A DNA stretch of 59,895 nt, filler included, from Platydemus manokwari (Eukaryota), in assembly GCA_037951405.1 (NCBI GenBank). It is 5 parts of 5 records of this genome, joined end to end, with 100 filler letters (N's around TTAATTAATTAA, not from the genome) between each part and the next. Parts side by side here need not be neighbours in the genome. Positions count along the whole stretch, not along the records: positions 22,469 to 38,028 come from JBBMOY011273650.1; positions 38,129 to 49,935 come from JBBMOY010463333.1; 3 more parts are not named here. One strand, 5' to 3'. A model generated the notes under the pieces. The model did no database searches. It was not told the DNA's origin and saw only the letters and a program-made list of their open reading frames with translations. Each line of letters begins with the position of its first letter. Positions within the stretch are counted from its first letter, which is position 1. Shown in pieces: positions 27,480 through 38,847 of this stretch. Made by a program: the position numbers and the translations under genes.

Positions 27480-28200
27480 TGCTACGTCAATGCTTCCGAA
27501 CTCCTATCAGCTACTTGCACAAAACAAATCAAATCTGGTAGGTATACAAATCTGATACCAAAAGTGTGCCCAATTTGGAAGAAAGTTGTTTTCAGCAGTG
27601 GTCTAACTCTCGCTGATTTCTTATTTATTCACAAATCAAAATCAAATATCCTACCTACGATGAACAGGAAATATATTTTAGGTCAACAATGCAGAAAATG
27701 TCTATACAAAGCCAAATCCCAAACTCAGGTTTTTACAATGTGTAATGCCTCTCATTCATTTGTCGATCATCGTCATGGGAACATTGTAGGGATTCTAGAG
27801 AAGTATATCAATCGGCACTTGGACGGCATTATACACTGAGAGAAAACCTGCCAGTTTATTGGATTGAGTCTCCAATTAGATCTCCAAATTATGAATGACC
27901 GCAAGAATGTCATCTTACTAGTAGATATCAAGTTCCCGATGGATGAACCAAGATTGCTACGAAAAGCTGATGAAGTAAATCTCAACAAATATGACTCTCT
28001 AAAACACGAAATACGAAAAGTGAGACCCAACTGGATAAATGAACTACATACATTTGTAGTTGGTTTCCTTGACGCATGGGCTCCACAAAACAGATAAATA
28101 CTACGAAAGTTAGGTTTCAAAAATGATCTAGTGGAGGCAAACATCCAATCTGCGAAAGACCAGTAGGATTATCATCATGGCATGGCATCCCTCAGCCGAA
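27480..28200 (+). mobile_element. Degenerate 3' fragment of an RLE-type non-LTR retrotransposon (NeSL/Utopia/R2 group)
   Basis: ADFLFIHKSKSNILP (cf. DWRFIHRARLNCLP), CRKC...C zinc-knuckle remnant, RHGNIV (cf. RHNAIV), LDLQI...LLVDIKFPM...NKY (PD-D/ExK nuclease remnant), FVVGFLDAWAPQN (cf. FIVGALGAWDPAN). Interrupted by stops; no RT domain visible. Confidence 0.8.
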
Positions 28201-28456
28201 AACTGGCAAACAACAAAACTGAAATCGATATCTGCTACGTGGACGATCAGATTCTCGATTAATTCAATTCAATAAATATTAGCACATTCAAATTTCAAAT
28301 AAATAAGTATCTACTTAAATTTAAAGATCAGAATTGGGGTAGTAATTAATTAATTATTTTAATTATTATAAAATTTCTACTGATTTACGGAATAGAAGTA
28401 AAATATATACTAAATATATTGTTTTAAATTATTAAAATAGCTAATATTACCGAGAA

Positions 28457-30004
28457 ATGTTTCACAGAAATATGCTTTATAAGAATTCTGGAAAGAACAG
28501 CGATGTAAGTATGAATGATGACATTGATAAGATTATTAATTTTATAATTTCACAGGAAATGCGAAAGCAGCGAGCCAACAAACACGTCGAACTTCGAAAA
28601 GTAAAACGTGATGAATATTTATATAAGATAAGAAATGCAGAACCTTTTGATGTCGACAACGATCAAGATGATCTTTTCTTTGACAAGTCTTCAATATCCA
28701 ATTTGGTGAGTCAGGATCCAGAAATACGATTCAAAGCTACAAAAACTCTGAGAAGAATTCTATCCACTGCAAACCCACCGATCGATGAAGTATTAGAATT
28801 AGGTGTTATCCCAATTTTGGTGGATTATCTGTCTAATAATCTGTAATATTATTTATTAATCCGAAAATTATTCTTTAATACTCTCTTTAGATATCCCCAT
28901 ATTCAATTTGAAGCCGTCTGGGTGTTAATTAATATAACAGCTAGTAAATCTGAACACACATTTGCCGTTGTAGAAGCTGGTGCTGTTCCACCACTTATAA
29001 GTTTGCTTCAATCTTTAGATAACGAAATCCGTGCTCAATCTGCATGGGTTTTAGCAAACATTATAGGTGACGGATGGGAATTGAGAGACTATGTTATCAG
29101 ATTTGGAGTAGTACCATCATTGTTAACCTCAATTACAACCAATTCAACAATAGATTATTTGACAAGTGCTTCTTGGATGATAGCTAATTTATGTCGCAAT
29201 CGAAAAGAACCATTAGATTGCAAAATTATTCTTGAATTATTACCGCTTATACGAAATTTCATTCAATCTGAGGATTCGAATGTTAAGTTTAATTCTCTAT
29301 GGTCTTTAGTGTATTTGTCGCAATCGAGTCCAAATAACATCCAAATGATCGCAAAAGCTGACATAGTGGAATTTTTGATACCGCTTTTGTCAAATCCCGA
29401 ATCAAGGATTTCAGTGCAGGCATTGAAAATTATTGGCTACGTCATAAGAGAGGTAGTTGATCAAATTCGACATATTATTGATCTTAATATTCTTCATCAT
29501 ATAAATCAAATATCACACAATTCAAAAATCATTTTAATTAATGAAGCCATGAATGTTTTGACACAAATAGCATGCAGTAATCAAGAACATATTCAAGCTT
29601 TGCTAAATTCTAGATCGATTCCATGGGTAATTCAGATAATACTTAGTACTAGAGACATTCAAATTCAAACCAAAGCTTCATCATTCATCACAAACCTGAT
29701 CAATTATGGATCGCCTCAGCAATTACAATATCTTATTCAAAGTGAAATTATTAAACCATTTTGTGGATTATTGTCAACAGAAAATTCTACAATAATCATA
29801 AATGTTTTAAGCAGTTTATTAACGATTCTCAAATCTCCAATGGAAGAAACTGGAATGGCTTGTAAACTTCTTGAAGAATGCGGTGGTTTGGATTTGATAG
29901 ACGAATTACAATACCACGAAAACATTGAAATTCACAATTTATCGTCGAAAATTATAAATGATTGCGTGGATTTTAATGAAGGATTTAATGAAATGATGTA
30001 TTGA
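28457..30004 (+). CDS. kpna: Importin alpha (karyopherin alpha), divergent paralogue, about 499 aa
   Basis: Exons 28457-28842 and 28891-30004 with a 48-nt GT-AG intron give ...NNLYPHIQFEAVWVLINI in frame. IBB domain EMRKQR...VELRKVKRDEYLYKIRN, NPPIDEV, ARM repeats, and C-terminal EECGGLDLIDELQYHEN. Confidence 0.93.
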
Positions 30005-30534
30005 TTATTTTTTATAATCATTATTTTAACAATCAAATAATTTTCTTATTTCCACTGGCAATATTCCAATTTTTAATATAATTTAAATTTAATTTTAAAG
30101 CTTTAGTCTTATTCAACAAGAAATTATTTAAGTGACAGGATATGATAAAAATAATTTTTGTTTTATTTTTGATAAATGTTCTTATCATTAAAATAAATTT
30201 CTAAATAATTTCCGTATATTTCAAATCTTTGCAAATAATATTTGTTAGTAGCCAATGATTGAAATTCACAAATGAAATCTTGCCAATATTGATGAGTAGC
30301 AAGCACTACGAAACTGATCTATCAATCTATATAGACTGCATGATATGATTATCAATTATGTCATAACTCTTGCAATTGAATTTGAAACACAATCAATATC
30401 AAATACATTTTGATAAGCCCATCAACTTGGTTTGTTATTTTGTAATTGATTTTCTGTTATCCGATGTTGAAATTATTTATTATTGTGATTTGACTTTGAT
30501 TTTGTGATTTTTAATTCAGGACAAAATGAAAAAA

Positions 30535-31070
30535 GGCCAGCGTTAAGAAGAGGGGTCTTAAAATAAAAGTTCAAATTTGTCGAGTTTATTGCAAAAATCT
30601 TTAGTTTATTTAAGTATATTCTTTACAAAAATTTTGAATTTTTTATTTAAGTACTTGAGAAGAATTTTAGTGGTTTGAAATCAAATCTTAAATACACTAG
30701 AGGTTCGAAATATCCTAAAATTTGATTATTTGAAAAACGGGTCAAAGTAGGTCAAAATGCAATTAATTGAAAACTAGCGACGACCACTTTTTTGACTTAG
30801 AAGCAAACTGAGACATATTCTCAATTTTTACAATTATTTTATAAAAATAACCAATGATATTATTAAACATATCTGTAATTAACTAACTCGATTTATAATT
30901 AAAAAAAATTAATTTCAAAACTCAAATAATCATATAGAAAAGTTTTGTCACTATTATACGAATAAATCAAACATAGCAGTGATATATAAAATTAAGTTAT
31001 AAAATTATGTCATACGTGAAAATTCATTATTGCAAAAGTTGGTCAGAAGACCCCTTTTTTAACTTATGCC
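30535..31070. mobile_element. MITE-like non-autonomous DNA transposon, copy 1 (degenerate TIRs)
   Basis: Ends ggccagcgttaagaagaggggtctt ... aagaccccttttttaacttatgcc. The interior is colinear with 55276-55836 (e.g. cctaaaatttgattatttgaaaaac, aaacatatctgta.ttaactaactcgatttat). Confidence 0.8.
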
Positions 31071-31265
31071 GATTTATTTAGACAAAGCGAAAAAAACTAA
31101 ATAGAATTAATTAAACTGTAATTTATTGCTAGCACTATCAGTGATAGAAAATCAAAAATAACAATAACAAAAGATATGAACTAAAAATTATATTTTTGAA
31201 ATAAAAACCTTCCTAAATTTGTAAATTAATCATGAAGATATGGCATTAAATGGTAAACTAATTAT

Positions 31266-34200
31266 TTATTTAGAACGGCCACTTTTCACATCAAACGAAT
31301 TGCACGACGACTGATATTTTGAATGATTTGACGTTCGTTCCTGGCTTGACTGATATTCAACTTGCTAATAATAATGTTGTCATTAAACAACAATCAACGA
31401 TAACTTTCTTACTGCTTGAGTATCCACATTGTGATGATTAGTCTTGTGAAGATGTTTCAAACCTTTAATGAATGCTTCACTATTGTCTTGTACATAACGT
31501 GACTTTCTAAAATTACCAATCGACGACGAATGGACACCGGTGATAGGATTATTCATAGACAAAACTTTTCCGGATTTTCCATTTATTCCGTATTTAATTA
31601 ATGGCGATAAAGGTAAATTATTTGCTACAACACAATAATAAAATAATCAATAAAATATTAATAATTACGCTGTAAATAATTATTATTAATTTTATATTGA
31701 CATTGATTTTTATTTGAGCTTTCTACAATACAATTTCATGAATAAAAACGAATAATGAGGGACAGAATAATTTACTCGGAGTTGATGTATTGGCTGAAGC
31801 GTAGATTTCAACTTTGCAGTATGAATTCGATAGATTGTGCGTCGAATCGATGATCGAGGAATTGAAAAACTGAAAATATAAAACATTATAAAATAATTTT
31901 AATATGAAAGATCAATAATATTGATTAATGACTATGAAAATTTTACTGATTATTTCACAACCTTATTTTCTAGAAATTTAACACTATCCTCATGGAAACT
32001 GATTTCACGAAATTGTTTTTGGCCTAGAAATAACATTGTTTAGTGAGTCTCATTAATTTCCAGCTCACTCATTTCCATTTGTTTATACATTGGAGAAGTC
32101 GTCATTCGTTCAAAACTTTCTCCACAGCACACATTATTATTCGTTAATCGTTTGCAATTCATGCAATATCGTTGGGAATTTTTCAAAAGATCCAAACGTG
32201 TCTCGAAGCTTGAATCGAATTCCAATTGATATTGGTCCAATTTGGAATTTGACATGAGCTGTTTTCTATTGATACTGAGAGCACTTTTCAATTGTTCCAG
32301 TTCATATAAAGTTGATTTCATGTGCTTTTCAATGTTCTGGTTTTTCGATCTTTCCTGTTGTAGAGATAATTTCAAATTACCATTTTCAATCTGACAAGAA
32401 CGTAGAGCATTTTTCATTTCTGATATAATAAGCTTTTTCTTCTTATATCTCGAAAGCAATGCTCGCATATCTTGTTCTAATAGATCAATAAATAAAAAAT
32501 GGATTGAGGTACAATTAAACGACAAATACCTGATCTCTGCATATTAATCTCGAACAATTTAACCTTTTTCCTATACATATCCTTCAATTCAGCACATTTC
32601 CGATCGATTTCTTCGTTTTCCTTGACGAGAAATTTGTATTTGATCCTATTTTTCTAAAGAGCCATCAATGAATGAGCTTGAACCAATTTCTCAAACCTCT
32701 GTCTGTGAAGATAATTCTGATGAATATTGTTGTTCAGCCGAAAGTCTCATTCGCAATATTTCAATTTCTTCCATGTACTCTTTCCTGTCTTCTCCATACT
32801 TCTCCTTTATGGCAACAATTTCCTCCCGAAAAATATCATTTTGTTTCGAGTTTTTCTAAACCAATTTATTCTAAACGAACCATTTTATAAATATTTTAAA
32901 CCTTCATTTCAATGAGAAACTTATTAAAATTTTCTTTCTCATCATTGATTTGAATTTGCAACAGATCGATTTGAATTCGATAATCTTCAGTGGTTTTCTC
33001 ATATTCATTTTGAGCATCAATTAATTTCTGTTGGTAGATCAAGTCCAGCGATTCTCCTCTTTCTAAAAGAATATTCAATACCCGTTTTACAATGTGGTAA
33101 CTAAAGCAACCAATTTCTTTAAAAGACATTTCTAAATCACTGTCAATAACATTTTCGTTGGTAGATTTAAGATTTGCAATTTCATTCTTCAATTCAGCCA
33201 AATGAGATTTCAGATCATCATTCTACAAATTACTAATCGATCTGATAAATGATAATAATTTAAAAAAACCTCATATTGTAAATTCTGATTCTTTGTCAAT
33301 AAATTGTTTTCGGTTTTCAATAATGTGAAACATTTCATTTCCATTTTCACAAACTGAAAAAATATTTTTGAAAACATTAATAAAATTTTGATCGATTCTC
33401 TTCTGAAATTTTTTTTTGTTTTTTCTACTCCCAATTATCTTTAAAGAATTAATCAATATATTATGAAGGAGATTTATAAAAGCCTCTAAACAATCTTCGA
33501 GTTCAGAAAAGTAAGGAAAACAATGATCAGATGTTTAATAAATATCTGACCAAAGCGATAGTTTTCCAAAAGATAAATCGAAAAGTCTCGGAAAACTTAT
33601 TTTAATTAGTTGTTATTAAGCTACTCTAATAACTGTTTGGGTTATTAATTCTAAAGTAAATATTTGTAAAGATTAATTAGACTCTGTCTGGGAAACAATC
33701 AAACTGGAAGATTCTCAATCAAACGAATATTGCAATTACAGCCTCACAATAGAAGCAACCATACAATTATAGATTTTATCAAACCTTATCATTCAATAAT
33801 TGAATATCCTCCAGTAATTTTTCATTGCTCAACTCCAATTGCTTTATTTCATCAGCTTTCTCACCAAGAAATTTCTTATTGGATTCAACGCTATAAAATT
33901 ATTTTTTCAACAATACCACAATAATACATCAAAAATACCAACCTCTTTCGTAACCTTTCATTTTCCTTATCTTTACTGGCCATTTCGTAATGATGATCAT
34001 TTATATTTGCCTTCAAATTACTGATCTCTTCGATCAAAATGATTTTCTCCGATTTCCACTGGTTTTCTTTGGTTGATTTCGATTTTATCAACTTCTCATG
34101 TTCATCAAGTAAATCGGAATATTCTCGATATAACAATTCGTTTGCGTCGTCTGATCTAGTTATCTGAAAAATCGAATCATATGAATTATGATGGATATCC

Positions 34201-35328
34201 TGATGAGAAAGATTAAGTCTTAAGATGACATTGTTTAGCAAATTTAGGTGATTAGAATGCATTATTAAATTTTGACAATTTCATTCTTGATTAGTATATT
34301 AAAGTTCCTTTATACTGATTCGCAGGAGTAATTTTCTCTAAACTTTTCAATTTCGTACACATGTTATTTTTAGAAATAATCAAAATTTTTTCAATATTCA
34401 TTAAAACAAAAATTATTATTAATTGATTTTTTTAAATTAAAAATTCTGCAATAATTGTAAAAATAAAATTGAATGGAAATAATTCATCTTAAGTGTAAAA
34501 ATTGAAATAATATTTTTATAAATTTAGGATAAGAATGGCGAATCAGTCTTTGCGCTGTTATTCACCCTACAAGTGCATAGCTGAGACTTGGATAGATCTG
34601 ATATAATTTTAAAAGGCTATTATGTAACGATTATATCATAATATACAAATTTCATAAATGGTAATCTTTCTCACTTGTTGCCTATCAAATTCAAGTGAAT
34701 CATCCAATGACACTTTTGGATCCGTTGCATCTCTGACAGCTTGTTGAAAACTTTCCAACGTTGGTGCAGCATCACCCTTTAAAAAATTCATCAAAGGACC
34801 AGCTAAGACCATTAAAATATTTCTTTCTTCACCATTTAAACTTGATGGGATTCCATAGTAATTCCCATAGAGAACGAAAAGAAAAACACAAATCTACAAG
34901 ATTCATCAAAGTCAATCCACCAATGAAAACGATTTAAAAATAATTTACAAAAACAATATCTTCATATTCTTGTTTATATAAATAGCTCTCATAATCCAGA
35001 ATACAATTTGTTTTAAATTGAAAGACATCTACAGAAAAAGTGATCAACAAAAATTTCTATTTCCATTCGCTATAATAAAATAAACCATCAAGTATTGAAT
35101 TAAGTTTTTCAAAATTTTTGCTTTTCCCATTTGGGATTTCTGTTTCGAAACTGGATTTTAGAATTATTGATTTTTTAACTTAAAATTTATGGGATAACAT
35201 TACCAAAGGTTCGTCAACTCGAGATACATTCTTCCATCGTCGAGATCGTCTGGAATTTTTATATCGACTTTCAATGTTTCCAAGAAATATTTCTGTATGA
35301 TGGAAAAGACGATTTCATATTTATCCAT
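31266..35328 (-). CDS. 15-exon, about 792-aa protein: N-terminal CH/Hook-like domain, long coiled coil, S/N-rich basic tail (Hook/CCDC88/NuMA-like, tentative)
   Basis: Manual model with all introns GT-AG and phase-consistent. Exons: 35328-35204, 35150-35086, 35028-34949, 34893-34675, 34163-33943, 33890-33785, 33353-33270, 33222-32902, 32855-32697, 32653-32530, 32476-32069, 32023-31962, 31869-31776, 31624-31413, 31364-31266 (2379 nt). The family call rests on weak motif resemblance (PDDLDDGRMYLEL; ICVFLFVLYG...SLNGEERNILMVL). Confidence 0.75.
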
Positions 35329-37371
35329 TGTCAGTTTTTTAAATTGATTTTTTTAGAAATTTTTAAACAAATTTTTTCACTGGTTATCAATAATTTGTGT
35401 TGATTTAATATTAAAATTTTTTTCAAAACCAAAGTTCATAAAATTTCAAAAGACAATGAAATAATGGTTATATTTATTTCAACAGCTAATTATAAATTAT
35501 TGATTCTATCGATATTGAGTAATCAACAATAATATATTATCGTGTATTGAATATTTAAAGAAAAAATATTGAAAAAATACTAATATAAAATCAAAATTGG
35601 TTTTTGGTTAATTTAAATTTTCACCTTTGATATTAGGATGTAATCCAATAAAATCATAGCATAAATAACCAAATTAGCAATAATCAAGTATACATATTTT
35701 AAAAATCATAAAATAAGAAAATTTATATAGGATTCCGAGTTCAAAGACAATCCTCGGTTACCTTAACAAGATGTTAATAGATTCTGAATGTTTTGTTAAT
35801 CGGGAAAATTGAAAAGATATACAATTAAAATAATTAAAGTTTTTAAATCAGGATTTCATTGATTTGTACGTTAAAGTAGTTTATTATTAGAATTAGAAGT
35901 GAGGCTTGACACAAGGTACAAATAAATCAAAGTTACATGAAGAACTCAAAAACATATTCAAAAATGTACTCAATAGCTACTCTTGAACAGATAGATATAC
36001 GAAAATGTAATAGATTACTGCAAATGCATCACATAATATGGATATATTCCACAACCTATGGTTAAATATAAACAACAGTTTATTGTCAACAACGAAAGTC
36101 TCCGTTAATCAGAATATCGATCTAGAGATGGAGAGACTCCAGTTGTGTGAAAAATGAGAATCATTTTTGAACTATGAATCCTGATTATGCAATTTAATGT
36201 GGATCGTTTAATGTACCAAATGTGTAAAAAGCAATACGATCTGTGTCGGAATAAAAAAGCTGCAACACTTTATTGAATTCTGGATCTTAACAGTGAAGCT
36301 ATGCATGAAGTATATAATCAAAGAGGCGTGATTTGTAGTTTATTTTTTAAAGTATTAATTAAATATTAATTAAACACATCAAGGTTGGAAATACAATCAG
36401 TCAAATTTGATCTTTAAAAATTGTCACTAAAATATAATTTGGATCAAAGATAAAATTTTTAATTAAAATCTAGAAAAGTAAATATGAAATTAAATTATAA
36501 AATTAATTCGTACGCACAAGTGAATCATAATGAAATTAGATCAAATGATTCTTTTTCTTAACTTAAGTGGGATCTTGCCTTGTATTGATGATATTTCGAT
36601 CTTTTAAGTTACCTGAGCTGGATTAGATAAATTTTGAAGTTTAATAAAAGTCACAAGTTTTCAAAAAGAATTCATTAATAAAATTTTTACAAATTAAGAA
36701 ATATAATTGCTTGTTCAAAATATTTCGGCGCTATTATTATTTTTCAATTCGTCAGTAATAAGGTTTGACAAGAGATTTTACAATTAAAAAAAACTATTTG
36801 GTTTTCTAGCAGTTACTATTTAAATTTACCATTTTTTTCAATTATTTAAAATTTTCGGAATGCATCATACAGTCGATTAAGGAAAAGTATTAAAATTTTA
36901 ATAATTTTAAATAAATATTTTAAAATATGTCTTCAAGCTGAATTTGTTTGGAGGAAATCTATTTAAATATAGACTACCATTTTATAAATAAGCATTTTAA
37001 CACAAAGGGAAATTGATTAAAATCTGTTAGATATTTCATTATTTTCAATTTTATTATAATTTTATTAATTTAAAAAATGAGAAAATACTATGAAATTATA
37101 TGTAATTATCATCAAAACTTTTCATTTTCAATTAAATTCGGATGATTTTAAATAAAATCTGACTATATAAAAATTTAAATATTTTTATCAATCAACTTAT
37201 GGTTAAAAGCTTAACAATTGTTTCTAATCTTAATTTATTATAAACGAAATTAGTTTTAATTGATTAATTCAAATGAACGTTTCTGAAACTTATAGAATCA
37301 ATTTTCAATTTGAGAATTTATTATTAAGTTTAATTTAATTTTATTGAAAATTTTAACAATTCTCAATTCAA

Positions 37372-37771
37372 ATGGAAGAATCTACATCGATATTTGAAGT
37401 CAAATTATCCACCGCTATTCAAAAGGATCATTTAATCAAAATTGAAAAATATTTCAAAGATTTTGACAATGTTATACGTTTAACAGTTGATAAAGATTTG
37501 AATTTGTTGAAATTTGTAACTGCTAAGGGTAGCACCGAGCTGAAAGATTTGCATAAAGCCATTGAGAAAATGGGATTTTCAGTTAGTTCAGATGGTGGTG
37601 AGTTAGGATTTTTATGTTATTAATAAGTACTTTCAATTATAATTATAATTATAATCAATATAACAAACATATTTATAACTTTTCATAATAACATATTTTA
37701 TTAATATTTTATATTTCTTCATGAATAATTTTGAAAATTATTTAGATATTTATGCCACTAAAATAAGATAA
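37372..37771 (+). CDS. Small (about 83 aa) HMA/ferredoxin-like fold protein lacking the CxxC metal-binding motif
   Basis: Exon 37372-37597 ends at a GTGAGT donor; the likely last exon is 37746-37771 (DIYATKIR*). The pattern IFEVKL...IEKYFKDFDNVIRLTVD...LHKAIEKMGFSV matches HMA domains, but there is no cysteine. Confidence 0.6.
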
Positions 37772-37953
37772 ACTGAGGAAATACAATGTTTATTCGAATA
37801 TTTAAGCTAAAAATTTATTTTGTAGGAAATACTTTATTCTGAAGCGTATTTTAATAAAATTAATTCAAAAATTTTATAAATTATTGAGTGCGAACTGTTT
37901 ATTTTATATGATGGGGGTATATTGTCCCCTAATGCCCACCCAATCCTCTACAT

Positions 37954-38028
37954 CAGGGGTCTCCAAACTTTTTCAGCAAAGGGCCACATTGCTGATTTTT
38001 TAAAATTTGGAGGGCCAAAACTATGATA
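37954..38028. mobile_element. Terminus of a hAT (Buster/Charlie-type) DNA transposon, truncated by the contig end
   Basis: CAGGGGTCTCCAAACTTTTT...AAGGGCCACAT is a typical Charlie/Buster-type end. The preceding 8-mer CTCTACAT fits the nnnTAnnn target consensus. Confidence 0.7.
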
Positions 38029-38128
38029 NNNNNNNNNNNNNNNNNNNNNNNNNNNNNNNNNNNNNNNNNNNNTTAATTAATTAANNNNNNNNNNNNNNNN
38101 NNNNNNNNNNNNNNNNNNNNNNNNNNNN
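38029..38128. other. Artificial contig spacer
   Basis: N44-TTAATTAATTAA-N44. Confidence 0.97.
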
Positions 38129-38847
38129 TAATATTTCATACAAACATCAGTATTATATGAATTCAGAAATAATAAATTTCCTCTATCTATCTTTCCACAA
38201 ACCAAACAAATTGACATCATGAATAAAACTAAATCTATGATAAACTACATGATGTATACATATTAAGTGGATCACGAGCCACTTGTGTTCAACTAGTTTC
38301 GAGCGAGACAAAAGAATCTTAATAGGTACGCGTATCTACAACAGTGTTCCCGTACGATAACATTATTTAAATTTTTCCTCCAAAAAACCATTTCCCGTTA
38401 CATGTCTTGCTTTCGTAGAATTAGAGAAGTAAATATAGATATTTATAGAGTATTATACACATGTGACATGGGGTTTCGAGACGAATTGAGTGTTTTTAAT
38501 AAAAGATTCCACATCGACCCCCACCCGAATAGGATTAGAAAACAATTATGTATACATATATATATATATACCCATATATTACTGAAACAAATAAATATTT
38601 GAACTTCAATAAATAATCAAATATATATGAGTTATGAATAGAAAATAGCCAGCAAAAAACAATTAAGCAATTCATTTGTTATGTTTCTCACCTAATAAAT
38701 CTACATACTTTATTATTATGATTATTATTATATTTCCAATAACATTGATTGCTAAAATTAGAAACTTACACCTACGTAAATTTTAAAAACTAAATTGAGA
38801 CGAAATAGCAACCAATAAATATTTAAAGAAAATTTTCAATCATTTAC

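Noticed and set aside
28843-28921. Importin-alpha split into two genes or a pseudogene
   Set aside because: A 48-nt intron restores the conserved QFEAxW motif in frame.
28457-35328. Importin-alpha and NuMA-like gene as a functional cluster
   Set aside because: They are true neighbours, but the NuMA identity is tentative and convergent adjacency in an animal genome is weak evidence of co-function.
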